Assembly (NCBI GenBank): GCA_035501555.1
Contig: DATJWA010000027.1
Coordinates: 256,156 to 320,155, forward strand
DNA length: 64,000 nucleotides
Reading direction: 5' to 3'
Source: Thermoplasmata archaeon
GTDB taxonomy: Archaea; Thermoplasmatota; Thermoplasmata; Lutacidiplasmatales; UBA184
In this document: in pieces, positions 29,647 to 38,890 of the stretch
Position numbering within the stretch: the first letter of the stretch is position 1
Layout of the letters: every line of letters begins with the position of its first letter
Notes under the pieces: model-generated
Database searches by the model: none
The model's input: only the letters and a program-made list of their open reading frames with translations
Told to the model about the DNA's origin: nothing
Made by a program: the position numbers and the translations under genes

Positions 29647-30449
29647 ACGTCCTGAAATGGTACGCGAAGGCGATGCTCACGAACCGGTCGATCTGGTCGT
29701 GGGGCGTTGGGTTCATGCTGTTCTGGCTCGTGATCGGTGCGTTCGTGGAGTCCCAGGGCCAGGACCTCAGCGGGTCCGGAACGGTTGTCTACACCGCATC
29801 GTGGTTCGTTGTCATCGTGCTCTTCTCACTGAGCATGTTCGCGGTGGCCGTCGCGAACTCCCTCACCTACGGGTCGGCGGCCCTCTCGTACTCGTTCCGG
29901 TTCTCCAATCTCACCCCGCGCAGCTTCTTCGGGTCGGTCGTGGGCGGCTCCGCGTTGGTTGGTACCGTCCTCTCCTTTGTCATGCTGGGGAGCACGGTGG
30001 CGGTCTTCGGAGCGAAGTTCGACACCCGGTTCACGCCCGCCAACCTACCCGCGCTGGTCGGGACCTCGGTCGGGGCCGGCGTGTTCTACATGGCGTGCTC
30101 GATGACGCTGATGCTGGTGGTGATCAACTACCTCGGACTGAAGAGCGCGTCCTTCGCGGGCTTTCTCCCTCTGCTCTTGTCGTACACCTTCGGGCTCGGA
30201 CAGATTTACGTGCAGCTGCCCGCGTGGTTGGTTTACGGGTCTCCGTACAATGACATCGCCTCGCTCCTCTACCAGGGATTCACGGGACACCCCGCCGCGA
30301 TCCAGCTCGCCGGTTCGGGAGCCGAAGTTCTCGCCTGGCCCTACCTCGCGGCGGGGCTCGTCGTGTGGACCCTCCTCCTGTCCACTTCCGCCGCTTGGCT
30401 GCTGGGCAGGGTAAGGGTGCGCCAGATCGAGGAGGGGCGCCAGATCTAG
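29643..30449 (+). CDS. ABC transporter permease-like membrane protein
   Basis: About 6 TM segments; ATGA overlap with the ATPase. Confidence 0.75.
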   Translation: MNVLKWYAKAMLTNRSIWSWGVGFMLFWLVIGAFVESQGQDLSGSGTVVYTASWFVVIVLFSLSMFAVAVANSLTYGSAALSYSFRFSNLTPRSFFGSVVGGSALVGTVLSFVMLGSTVAVFGAKFDTRFTPANLPALVGTSVGAGVFYMACSMTLMLVVINYLGLKSASFAGFLPLLLSYTFGLGQIYVQLPAWLVYGSPYNDIASLLYQGFTGHPAAIQLAGSGAEVLAWPYLAAGLVVWTLLLSTSAAWLLGRVRVRQIEEGRQI

Positions 30450-30490
30450 CGGAGCACGGTGGTCGACTGACCTGGGCTCGTCTGAGGCGG

Positions 30491-30530
30491 TGTTGGAAGG
30501 GGGCACGCTTGGATCGTCCACGCAACCGGC
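30491..30530 (+). repeat. Junction repeat, highly degenerate
   Basis: TGTTGGAAGGGGGCACGCTTGGATCGTCCACGCAACCGGC; about 25/40 ungapped to the 54747/56931 consensus, mostly transitions. Confidence 0.5.
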
Positions 30531-30712
30531 TTGGCGCGCCGATGCCCCTCCCGCTTCGGCTCGTGGGCCCCTCCGGCGGCAGGCAGCGATCCTGTGCTGA
30601 CACCGGAGACGTCGTCGGGAGTTCCTCAGGAGGACCCGAGAGTGCTCCTTCGCTAGAGCACCTTGCAACGTACTAACCGTCCGTTTAAGGCCGACCTCCG
30701 AATCCAACCGCG

Positions 30713-31171
30713 ATGCCTCCGCGCCGGACCTGGCTCACGCTGGTCCTGGTCGTCGCCGGGGTCGAGATGGTCCTCCTCGTGGCCCAGTACTTTCTGGGCC
30801 TCTGGGCGAACGTCTACGCCCCCTCGATGTTCACGTCCAACTCGTCGTTTCCGTCGCTCGACTGGCACTACAACCTTGGCTTCATCCTCTTCTTTGCCGG
30901 AATAGCCCTACTGATTCTCACAGCGCTCGCCCGAGACTGGCGCCTCGTCCTCTGCGGCATCGTGGTGGTCGGTGCGGTGTACGGCGCCGGGCAATTCGGG
31001 GCAGCCTACGTGAGCAGCACCCCGAACAACCCCCTCGACTCCTTCGGCATGGGCGCGTTGTTCCTCGTCGCGCTGTTCGCGAACTCCGCGACCCTGATGC
31101 TTGCCTCGCGGGCTCGTCGTCCAACGGGGTGGCCCGTGCCGGTCTCCCGAGCCGAGCCCGGTCCCGCGTGA
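30713..31171 (+). CDS. Small 4-TM membrane protein
   Basis: Hydrophobic segments; TTTAAG 29 bp upstream. Confidence 0.7.
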   Translation: MPPRRTWLTLVLVVAGVEMVLLVAQYFLGLWANVYAPSMFTSNSSFPSLDWHYNLGFILFFAGIALLILTALARDWRLVLCGIVVVGAVYGAGQFGAAYVSSTPNNPLDSFGMGALFLVALFANSATLMLASRARRPTGWPVPVSRAEPGPA

Positions 31172-31215
31172 GTGCCGGGCGGGGCACCGGGGGACGGGCG
31201 ACCGCCCAGCCACGG

Positions 31216-31593
31216 CTACCGGGAAGGCACCGTGGGCACGGCCCGTTGGTGGTACTTCAGTCCGTACTTCAGGAACGCGAGCAGGACAAAGATGGCGTCC
31301 TGACCCCGGGGGGTTAGGGCGTAGCCGATGTTGCGGCCGGTCCCCGAACGGACGATCAGACCCTCCAGCTGCATCTCTTTGAGACGACGGGAGAGCACTC
31401 GCGGGGTGAGCCCGGGATTGTTGCGGAGCAGGTCCGAGAAGCGCCCCAGCTTGAGAAATGCCATGTCCCTCAGGAGCAGCAAAGTCCACTTCGTGCTGAG
31501 GGCACGGAGGCTGCGTCGCAGCGGGTCGGTCTGGTAGGCGAGGCGGGCCGGAGGATTGGACCGAAGCCAGGCCGGCCGCGACTCCCCGTCCAT
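31216..31593 (-). CDS. HxlR-family wHTH regulator
   Basis: KWTLLLLRDM, RFSDLL, LTPRVLSRRLKEM..EGLI, YALTPRG. Confidence 0.88.
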   Translation of the reverse strand: MDGESRPAWLRSNPPARLAYQTDPLRRSLRALSTKWTLLLLRDMAFLKLGRFSDLLRNNPGLTPRVLSRRLKEMQLEGLIVRSGTGRNIGYALTPRGQDAIFVLLAFLKYGLKYHQRAVPTVPSR

Positions 31594-31594
31594 C

Positions 31595-31640
31595 GATATC
31601 CTTCGTGACCCTGCCCGGTATATAATATCCAAAGGATATC
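31595..31640. promoter_or_regulatory. Divergent promoter/operator (TATATAA plus palindromes)
   Basis: ATATCC-AAA-GGATAT (31625-31639) and GATATCCTT...AAGGATATC between the HxlR and VOC genes. Confidence 0.55.
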
Positions 31641-31664
31641 GTGCTCGCTGGAGGAGTTTCGCCC

Positions 31665-32081
31665 TTGGCCGATCCGGCTTCGGGGAGACCGCCCGACGAG
31701 GGCGGGCTGGCATTCACCGAACTCGCCAGTGAGGACCCGGCCGCCACCCGACGATTCCTCGAGAAGGTCTTCGGGTGGAGGTTCCGGTCGATCCAGATGC
31801 CGATGGGGGAGTATCTCGCCTACGAGACGCCCGACGGGCGCGGAGGGGTCCGCCCCGTCCAACCGGCCGAACGGCCGTCCAGCCTCTCGTACATCCGGGT
31901 CCGCGACATCGAGGAGGCCCGGATGCGTATCCAATCGGCCGGCGCCCAGATCGTCCTCCCTCGGGTCGACGTTCCGGGCATGGGGTGCTTCTTCTGGTTC
32001 CGGGTCCCGGGAGGACCCCTGCTAGCGTGCTGGCAGGACGTTGCCCCAGGCTCCGGAACCGAGAAGGAGGAACCTCGATGA
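31665..32081 (+). CDS. VOC family protein
   Basis: FTELASEDPAATRRFLEKVFGW; TTG start after GGAGG (alternative GTG 31641). Confidence 0.8.
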   Translation: MADPASGRPPDEGGLAFTELASEDPAATRRFLEKVFGWRFRSIQMPMGEYLAYETPDGRGGVRPVQPAERPSSLSYIRVRDIEEARMRIQSAGAQIVLPRVDVPGMGCFFWFRVPGGPLLACWQDVAPGSGTEKEEPR

Positions 32082-32434
32082 AGCAGGCGAAGGACGTTGT
32101 GATGGGCTACCAAGAGGCGATGGGGAACGGCGATTGGAAGAAGGCCCGGGCCTTCCTGAAGGACGACCTCGAGTTTCACGGGCCGCTGGACACGTTCCAC
32201 AAAGCGGACGACTACATCGCGGCGCTGCACCGTCTCTACCCGATGGTGGAGAAGGTCGACGTCAAGCGGGTCTTCGCGGAGGGAAACGACGTGGCCATCC
32301 TCTGTGACCTGCATTTCAAGCCACCGATGCCCACGATGTACGTCGTGGAGTGGTACTCTGTCGCGGGAGAGAAGATTTCCCGGGTCCAGGTCGTCTTCGA
32401 CCCACGGCCGATGGCCGCCATGCAACCCAAGTAG
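32078..32434 (+). CDS. SnoaL/NTF2-like protein
   Basis: DDLEFHGPL, FAEGNDV, VAGEKISRVQVVFDPR; GGAGG RBS. Confidence 0.85.
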   Translation: MKQAKDVVMGYQEAMGNGDWKKARAFLKDDLEFHGPLDTFHKADDYIAALHRLYPMVEKVDVKRVFAEGNDVAILCDLHFKPPMPTMYVVEWYSVAGEKISRVQVVFDPRPMAAMQPK

Positions 32435-32455
32435 GGGAACTCGGGCTCACCCTCG

Positions 32456-33145
32456 ATGACGGACCGCCGGATCTTCGAACCCGACCTGCTTCGCTTCCTC
32501 GGCGAGCTGCGGACCCACAACAACAAGGCGTGGTTCGAGAGGAATCGGCCGCGGTACGAACGGGTCTACAAGGAGGCCTTCGCATCGTTCATCACGGAGT
32601 TCGGACCCCGTCTGAGTCGCATCAGTCCGTACCTCGTCGCCGACCCTCGGCCGGTGGGGGGCTCGGTCATGAGGATCTTTCGTGACACCCGGTTCTCGAA
32701 GGACAAGTCCCCGTACCGCAGCTATACGGTAGTGCACTTTGGTCACCAGGAGAGCGGCGAAGGCCGAGCGCCGGGACTCTTCCTCTACGTGGCCCCCGAC
32801 GAGATATCCGCCGGAGGCGGGCTGTGGCACCCGGAGCCGGCAGTGGCGGCCAAGATCCGAACGGCGATCGCGCGCGAACCCCGCGGATGGCTTGACGCGA
32901 CGGCATCCCCGTCCTTTCGGAAGCGATTCGAGCTCACCGGCGAATCGCTGAAGAGGCCCCCGCCTGGGTTCGCTCGGGACCATCCCCAGATCGCCGAGTT
33001 GATGCGGCGAGACTTCGTGGCCTCGACGGACGTTCCCCGGTCCGAGTTCACTTCGGCCCGCTTCCTGGGGTACTTCGAGACGGTCGGCCGAGACCTGCGA
33101 CCCCTCCTAAAGTTCCTGTGCGACGCGGTGGGGCTCCCCTTCTGA
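32456..33145 (+). CDS. DUF2461 (TIGR02453-like) protein
   Basis: HNNKAWFERNRPRYE, RIFRDTRFSKDKSPY, LKRPPPGF. Confidence 0.9.
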   Translation: MTDRRIFEPDLLRFLGELRTHNNKAWFERNRPRYERVYKEAFASFITEFGPRLSRISPYLVADPRPVGGSVMRIFRDTRFSKDKSPYRSYTVVHFGHQESGEGRAPGLFLYVAPDEISAGGGLWHPEPAVAAKIRTAIAREPRGWLDATASPSFRKRFELTGESLKRPPPGFARDHPQIAELMRRDFVASTDVPRSEFTSARFLGYFETVGRDLRPLLKFLCDAVGLPF

Positions 33146-33201
33146 GTTGGGATCGCCCCGATGGGCCCGGTCGGCCGCGATGGGGCGTAGGTCGAGTCAG
33201 G

Positions 33202-33241
33202 TCCCGGAGGGTGGAATTGCGAGAATGTTGAAATCCGCCAC
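33202..33241 (+). repeat. Junction repeat, degenerate
   Basis: TCCCGGAGGGTGGAATTGCGAGAATGTTGAAATCCGCCAC; 29/40 ungapped to the copy at 47240. Confidence 0.7.
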
Positions 33242-33271
33242 GCGGCCGCCGAGCGTGCCCTCAGGGCGGGA

Positions 33272-33281
33272 TTAATCTAAC
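33272..33281 (+). promoter_or_regulatory. TTAATCTAAC motif (putative TATA region)
   Basis: Starts 28 bp before GTG 33300. Confidence 0.75.
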
Positions 33282-33299
33282 AGGTGTCGGTTACAGCCC

Positions 33300-35231
33300 G
33301 TGGCCGAGACTCGGCGGCTCGCTGCCATCATGTTCACCGACATGGTGGGATTCACCGCGCTGGGCCAACGGAACGAAACGCTCTCGCTGGAGCTGCTCGA
33401 GGAGCAGCGAGCACTGCTCCGACCGATCTTCTCGCGGCACGGGGGCAAGGAGGTCAAGACCCTCGGAGATGGCTTCCTCGTGGAGTTCACGAATGCGCTC
33501 GAGGCGGTGCGGTGCGCCTACGAGATTCAGCGAGTAAGTCGCGAGTCAAACTACTCTCGTCCCTCGGACCGGCGGGTACTCCTCCGGGTCGGGGTCCATC
33601 TGGGAGACGTGGTGGAGGCGGACGGCGACATCTCCGGGGACGCAGTGAACGTTGCGTCGCGGATAGAGCCTCTCGCGGAAGCCGGAGGGGTTTGTATCAG
33701 TCGCCAGGTTTACGACCAAGTCCACAACAAGTTCGAGCTGCCACTAATGAGCCTGGGTCCACGCCGGCTCAAGAACGTAAGTACGCCCATCGAACTGTTC
33801 AAAGTGGGGATGCCCTGGACGGAAGGGGGTGGCGCCGGATTGTCCGAAGCCGACCGGAACCGGATTGCGATCCTTCCTCTCGCCAACTTCAGCCCAGCCC
33901 CCGGCGACGACTACTTCGCCGATGGCATGACAGATGAGATCATCTCCACCGTGTCGGGGATCAGTGGCCTCAGCGTGATCTCGCGCACCTCCGCGATGCG
34001 CTACAAGCAGTCCACGAAGAGTATGACCGAGATCGGACGCGAACTGAAGGCAGGAAAGCTGCTGGAAGGGAGTGTTCGGAAGTCCGGAAACCGGGTTCGG
34101 ATCACCGTCCAGCTGATCGACAGCGAAAGCGATGCCCATCTCTGGGCCAAGAGCTACGACGGCAGCTTGGACGACGTCTTCGAGACCCAGTCGGACATCG
34201 CGCGCAAGATCGCCGAGGCGCTGAAACTGCCCTCCCCTCGACCGGGGGGTCGGGCCACGAGTCCCGAGGTGCTTGCCCTCTGCCTTCAGGCACGCACGTT
34301 ATGGAACCGGTTCACCCCGGAAGCGAACGAGCAGGCGATCGTCCTGTACGAGGACGCGCTGAAGATCGACCCGGAATCCGCCCGTGCGATCGCCGAGCTT
34401 GCGGACTGTTACGCTTCCGCGGCGAACATCGGCTGGATGGACAAGAAAGAGGGTTACGAGAAGGCCCGGTCGCTGGCACGCCGTGCTCTCGAGCTGGACG
34501 AGTCGCTGCCCGAGGCCCACTTCGCCCTAGCTCACATGTTGATGGACGACGACTACCCCGCGGCGGAGATCGAGCTCAAGAAAGTCCTCTCACTGAACCC
34601 GAGCCACGCCGACGCCCATGAATGGTACGGAAGTGTTCTGCGGGGCCTCGGCCGCCTGGAGGAGTCGCTGGAGGAAGCCAGGAAAGCCTACGAACTGGAC
34701 CCGCTTCCGCCGGCGCGCGCCTTTTTCCTGGCCACAGAGTACTTCTTTGCCGGACGGAACGACGAAGCGCTCGCCATCTGCCAGAAGGTCATTCAGACCG
34801 AGCCCGGATACTCCCCGGCGTACTACGGCCGGGCCATTCTGAATGCCATCCGGGGATTGAGAGAGGAGGCCTACCGGGACCTGCGCAGTTACCGGAGGCT
34901 TACCAACGACATCCAGCACAAGAGCATCCAGGCCCGGATCGAAGCTCACCTGGGGAACAAGCAAGAAGCAACCCGGCTCATCGAGGAGACGCTGGCGCTC
35001 GTCGCCGCGAGCAACTCCCCGAAGGCTTGGAGCGACAGCGACCAGCTGTCGTACACCTATGCCCTAATCCAGGATCGAGAGCGGTTCTTTCCGTTCGTGG
35101 AATATTTGATTGATCACAAACTCATGAGCCCCGGTGAACTTCGGGACCCCTCGTACCAGAACATGGCGGGGGATCCTCGGTTTCCGGAACTGCGCAGAAA
35201 GCTTCGGGCGTCGTATGGGATCCCCGACTGA
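33300..35231 (+). CDS. Class III adenylate cyclase - TolB_N-like - TPR protein
   Basis: MFTDMVG, EVKTLGDG, DISGDAVNVASR; IAILPLANFS..DYFADGMTDEII; TPR repeats. Confidence 0.92.
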   Translation: MAETRRLAAIMFTDMVGFTALGQRNETLSLELLEEQRALLRPIFSRHGGKEVKTLGDGFLVEFTNALEAVRCAYEIQRVSRESNYSRPSDRRVLLRVGVHLGDVVEADGDISGDAVNVASRIEPLAEAGGVCISRQVYDQVHNKFELPLMSLGPRRLKNVSTPIELFKVGMPWTEGGGAGLSEADRNRIAILPLANFSPAPGDDYFADGMTDEIISTVSGISGLSVISRTSAMRYKQSTKSMTEIGRELKAGKLLEGSVRKSGNRVRITVQLIDSESDAHLWAKSYDGSLDDVFETQSDIARKIAEALKLPSPRPGGRATSPEVLALCLQARTLWNRFTPEANEQAIVLYEDALKIDPESARAIAELADCYASAANIGWMDKKEGYEKARSLARRALELDESLPEAHFALAHMLMDDDYPAAEIELKKVLSLNPSHADAHEWYGSVLRGLGRLEESLEEARKAYELDPLPPARAFFLATEYFFAGRNDEALAICQKVIQTEPGYSPAYYGRAILNAIRGLREEAYRDLRSYRRLTNDIQHKSIQARIEAHLGNKQEATRLIEETLALVAASNSPKAWSDSDQLSYTYALIQDRERFFPFVEYLIDHKLMSPGELRDPSYQNMAGDPRFPELRRKLRASYGIPD

Positions 35232-35369
35232 GCTCGCGATCGGTCATCCGTAACCAGACCGAGACGCTCCGAGAGGATCCGGATTCGACGCGGAGTAGAC
35301 TTCGGGATGTTATACACCGAGAGTGCCTAGCACGTAGGGGCCGGCAACGGTCTCAGGGGCAGTGCCACC

Positions 35370-35651
35370 ATGTCGGCATACTTGGTCGCGGACGTCGAGT
35401 GGAAGGACGAGGAGCAGTTGGCAAAGTACGGCGAGGGGCATTCCGAGCTCCTCGCCAGGTACGGTGGCCGGATCTTGGTCGGGTCTAAGGACGTCGAAGT
35501 TGTCGAGGGTAGCTGGAAGCCTCGCCAGCTGGTGATCTTCGAGTTCCCAACTCGGGAGGCGTTCCACGCTTGGTACGACTCGGCCGAGTATGCCCCTCAA
35601 CTCGCCCGACGCAAGCAGCATGCGGACTCGAACGTTGTAGTGGTCGAGTGA
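35370..35651 (+). CDS. DUF1330 protein
   Basis: YGGRILV..VEGSW, IFEFPT, WYDSAEY. Confidence 0.9.
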   Translation: MSAYLVADVEWKDEEQLAKYGEGHSELLARYGGRILVGSKDVEVVEGSWKPRQLVIFEFPTREAFHAWYDSAEYAPQLARRKQHADSNVVVVE

Positions 35652-35685
35652 TGGGGTCGATCGAACGGCGACGATTGCCGAAACG

Positions 35686-35714
35686 TGTCGGAGAGGGACC
35701 CAACTGAGTTCTTC
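35686..35714 (+). repeat. Junction repeat, partial
   Basis: TGTCGGAGAGGGACCCAACTGAGTTCTTC. Confidence 0.8.
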
Positions 35715-35871
35715 CGCCTCCTAAGAGCGCGGCGCGGACGGATTCTGGGAGGGCTGAGACCCGGCCCAGTCTCCCTCGTCCGGTGCGGCGTCGGCGTGGA
35801 CGACCCAGGGGCGAACTGCCGATCCGGGCCAAACTGCCCACTTTTATATTGGAAAGCCCAAGGCGGACCTA

Positions 35872-36387
35872 ATGACGAACGCCGGCGGGAGCCGAACGAT
35901 CTCGATCTTGAAGCCGGGGATCCGGGCACCTGATTTCACGCTCAAGAGTACTCCTGATCAGAGCGTGTCTCTTCGAGATTTCCGGGGCCGGCCGGTCGTG
36001 ATCGCCTTCTATCCTGCCGACTGGAGCCCAGTCTGCAGCGACCAGATGGGACTTTACGCGCAGGTCATGCCCGAGTTCAAAAAATTCAATGCAGAAGTAC
36101 TGGGGATTTCCGTCGACGGTATATGGACCCATCTCGCCTTCGCGAAGGACCGCAAGCTGAACTTCCCGCTCCTCTCTGACTTCGAACCGAAGGGTGCGGT
36201 TTCCCGTTCGTACGGGGCATACGAGGCGCACGTCGGCGAGTCCGCGCGAGCTCTCTTCGTGGTTGATGCAAGAGGCTCCATCGCGTGGAGCATGCTCTCT
36301 CCCGACGGCGTCAATCCCGGAGCGGACGGGATTCTCTCCGCGCTCGAACGGCTCGAGCGAGACGCCCCTCGGAGTAAGTCCGCATGA
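35872..36387 (+). CDS. Peroxiredoxin-like redoxin (AhpE/AhpC-TSA)
   Basis: APDFTL, FYPADWSPVC, LLSDFEPKG, RALFVVD; TTTTATAT about 30 bp upstream. Confidence 0.9.
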   Translation: MTNAGGSRTISILKPGIRAPDFTLKSTPDQSVSLRDFRGRPVVIAFYPADWSPVCSDQMGLYAQVMPEFKKFNAEVLGISVDGIWTHLAFAKDRKLNFPLLSDFEPKGAVSRSYGAYEAHVGESARALFVVDARGSIAWSMLSPDGVNPGADGILSALERLERDAPRSKSA

Positions 36388-36938
36388 CGCAGCAATACCA
36401 AGCGCCGCGACTCACGGTGCCCGTCGGGGCCAGGGACCATGCGGAGGGCCCACCGGGGGCCCGGGTAGTTCTCCTCGAGTACGGGGACTATCAGTGCCCG
36501 TACTGCGGGGCAGCCTACCCCATCGTGAAACGGATCCAGAAGCACCTGGGGGAGAGGCTGCGATTCGTCTTCCGGAATTTTCCGATCACGAACGCCCACC
36601 CCCAGGCGCAGTGGGCAGCAGAACATGCGGAGGCGTCGGCCGCTCAGGGTAGGTTCTGGCAGATGCACGACTACCTCTACGAGCACCAGGATTCGTTAGG
36701 GGACGAGGCGTTCTTCGCCCGGTTCGAACAAAAGCTCAAGCTCGACCTGGCCCGACTCGACCGGGAAGTCGCCCAGCATGTCCACCTGGACCGGATCCAG
36801 GAGGACTTCATGAGCGGGGTACGAAGCGGCGTGAACGGAACGCCAACGTTCTTCATCAACGGCGTGAGGTACGACGGATATCCCGAGTTCGCACCTCTGG
36901 TTTCCGCGCTCGAGACGGCCGAAAAGGGGTCGCGATAA
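36384..36938 (+). CDS. DsbA-like thioredoxin-domain protein
   Basis: EYGDYQCPYC, FRNFP, GVNGTPTFFING; ATGA overlap. Confidence 0.9.
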   Translation: MTQQYQAPRLTVPVGARDHAEGPPGARVVLLEYGDYQCPYCGAAYPIVKRIQKHLGERLRFVFRNFPITNAHPQAQWAAEHAEASAAQGRFWQMHDYLYEHQDSLGDEAFFARFEQKLKLDLARLDREVAQHVHLDRIQEDFMSGVRSGVNGTPTFFINGVRYDGYPEFAPLVSALETAEKGSR

Positions 36939-36995
36939 CCTCGAGTCCACCGGCCGGGATACCGCCCCCTTTCAACGAGCGGGGCCGGCGGAGTC

Positions 36996-37032
36996 TGTCG
37001 GAGGGGGGCGACGTGATTTTTAAACCCTCCAC
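36996..37032 (+). repeat. Junction repeat
   Basis: TGTCGGAGGGGGG (13 nt identical to tRNA end) CGACGTGATTTTTAAACCCTCCAC. Confidence 0.85.
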
Positions 37033-37194
37033 TTAGGGGTGCCGGGGTTCAGACGAGTTGGGACCGGCACTGGGCGAGCGAGGGCTAACACCCCTGACGA
37101 TCGACGGAGCCGCTCCCGTCTTCCCGGCGGCGCGACGGGGAGCGATCGTCGGCCCGGGGTCGGAGTATTAACGAAGATTTCGGTGGCCTCGGCC

Positions 37195-37833
37195 ATGAGT
37201 TCACCCCCGACGGGCGGAACCCATGAGTCGAGGTTCTCCGCCCAGGACTACGCGCAAGCGATCCGAGCGGACTACATCGCGGGAGAGACCCCATGGGACA
37301 CAGGAGTCCCCAACCCCGAACTTATTCGGGTGGTCGAGAAGGGAGGATTCCCGGGAACCGCTGTACTCGAAATGGGTTGCGGAACGGGGACGAACTCGGT
37401 CGAGCTTGCTCGACGAGGTTATCGCGTCACCTCGGTGGACCTCGCGGACGTCGCGATCTTCAAGGCGCGGGAAAAGGCGAAAAGCGCGGGCGTGAACGTC
37501 GACTTCCGCGTCGGCGACCTCACGCAGACGGAACTCGGCGGTCCGTACGATTGTCTTCTCGACATTGGCGTCTATCATGGGATCCGGAATCGAGACCTGA
37601 CTGGATTTCTGCGCGCCGTGGTGCGTCTGTCTCGACCGGGAACGAGGTGGCTATGTATCGCCGGGAGCGCCAACTCACCCCAGCGAGATGGCCCGCCAAT
37701 GGTCCGGGAAGAAGAGTTTCGCGCGGAGCTCGGGTCGGCCTTCAAGATCCTCGACGCGCACGAGTTCACCTATCTGGAGCTCGCACCGAACTTTCGACCG
37801 CCGTTCTGGTCGATCCTGATGGAACGTCGTTGA
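37195..37833 (+). CDS. Class I SAM methyltransferase (TPMT-like)
   Basis: TPWDTG, LEMGCGTG, VDLA, LDIGVYH. Confidence 0.88.
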   Translation: MSSPPTGGTHESRFSAQDYAQAIRADYIAGETPWDTGVPNPELIRVVEKGGFPGTAVLEMGCGTGTNSVELARRGYRVTSVDLADVAIFKAREKAKSAGVNVDFRVGDLTQTELGGPYDCLLDIGVYHGIRNRDLTGFLRAVVRLSRPGTRWLCIAGSANSPQRDGPPMVREEEFRAELGSAFKILDAHEFTYLELAPNFRPPFWSILMERR

Positions 37834-37965
37834 GGAAACCTGGGAGTTCCGACGCTTCTCGAGGCGTGAGCGCTCTCCGGCTCGGTGACAGGTCGAGCTG
37901 GGCGCCTGGCGGGACCCGTCTCCCGACCGAATCTCCCGACGGGCTTGCACCCGCTCGGAGCGGAC

Positions 37966-38463
37966 CTACTTCCGATTCTCGGGGAGCTCTCGTGCGGCGC
38001 GTTCGAGGCTGCCCAGGCACTCGGTCCAGCCGGCGACGAGCCGAACATAGATGTGCGGAGCGCCGCGCTGGAGTTCCTCCAGCTTCTCGTGGACGACGTA
38101 GACGTGCGTCCGACCCTCGGACTCCGGTCGAAGTCGGATCGTGACCAGCGTGTCGAAGTACTCTCCCTCCTTCTCCGGTTCGGTCCCCACAAACGCCCAG
38201 CGGTACACAAGTTCCCGCGGCGGGTCGATCTTAAGGAAAAGTCCTTCGAACTTTCCCGTGCTGACTCCATTCTGTGAGTGCCAGACCTCGATCCGGCCAC
38301 CTACCCTGGGCTCTACCGTGACCTGCTCAACGATGAGGTCGCTGGGCGCGATCCACTGGCGGAGCAGGTCCGGTTCAAGAAAGGCACGGAAGACCTGATC
38401 GGGCGGTGCGTGCAGGATCCGCTCCACACGAACGACGGCCGTCGGCTCGTCCGCTTGGATCAT
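37966..38463 (-). CDS. SRPBCC/Aha1 domain protein
   Basis: ERILHAPPDQVFRAF, PRVGG, GWTECL. Confidence 0.85.
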   Translation of the reverse strand: MIQADEPTAVVRVERILHAPPDQVFRAFLEPDLLRQWIAPSDLIVEQVTVEPRVGGRIEVWHSQNGVSTGKFEGLFLKIDPPRELVYRWAFVGTEPEKEGEYFDTLVTIRLRPESEGRTHVYVVHEKLEELQRGAPHIYVRLVAGWTECLGSLERAARELPENRK

Positions 38464-38789
38464 CGCGTTTCCCGCCCTTCCGGGCGGGCCCCTTTCGTGA
38501 GGACCTCGTCCATCCGGGTCAGGCCCTCGTCCCAGAACCGCTGGTAGTACGAGAGCCACTCGGAAGCCTCTCGAAGCGGCCGGCCCTGAATCGAGTACAA
38601 GTGCTGACGCCCCGCCTTTCGAAGACTGACCACGCCCGAGTCCAGGAGCAGCCGCAGCTGCTTCGAGACGGAGGGCTGGGACATGCGGGTCCGACCCACC
38701 AGGTCGTTGACCGACCGCTCACCTTGACGGAGGGCCTCGAGGAGGTGGCGCCGCGACGGTTCTGCGAGGATCTGGAAGACGTCGCTCAC
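38460..38789 (-). CDS. ArsR/SmtB regulator (SRPBCC-associated)
   Basis: FQILAEPSRR, SQPSVSKQLRLL, YQRFW. Confidence 0.9.
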   Translation of the reverse strand: MSDVFQILAEPSRRHLLEALRQGERSVNDLVGRTRMSQPSVSKQLRLLLDSGVVSLRKAGRQHLYSIQGRPLREASEWLSYYQRFWDEGLTRMDEVLTKGARPEGRETR

Positions 38790-38798
38790 AGAAAACGA

Positions 38799-38832
38799 AT
38801 GCCTAAAGGGATATATGTCCTTTTGTACATGT
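38799..38832. promoter_or_regulatory. Putative ArsR operator / divergent promoter
   Basis: Imperfect palindrome AAAGGGATATATGTCCTTTT (8/10 pairs) between ArsR and the DHFR-like gene. Confidence 0.45.
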
Positions 38833-38890
38833 GTTCGACCGGGGCGGGGTACCGGTATCGCGAACCGCCGAAGACTGGGGTGTCAGGAAG

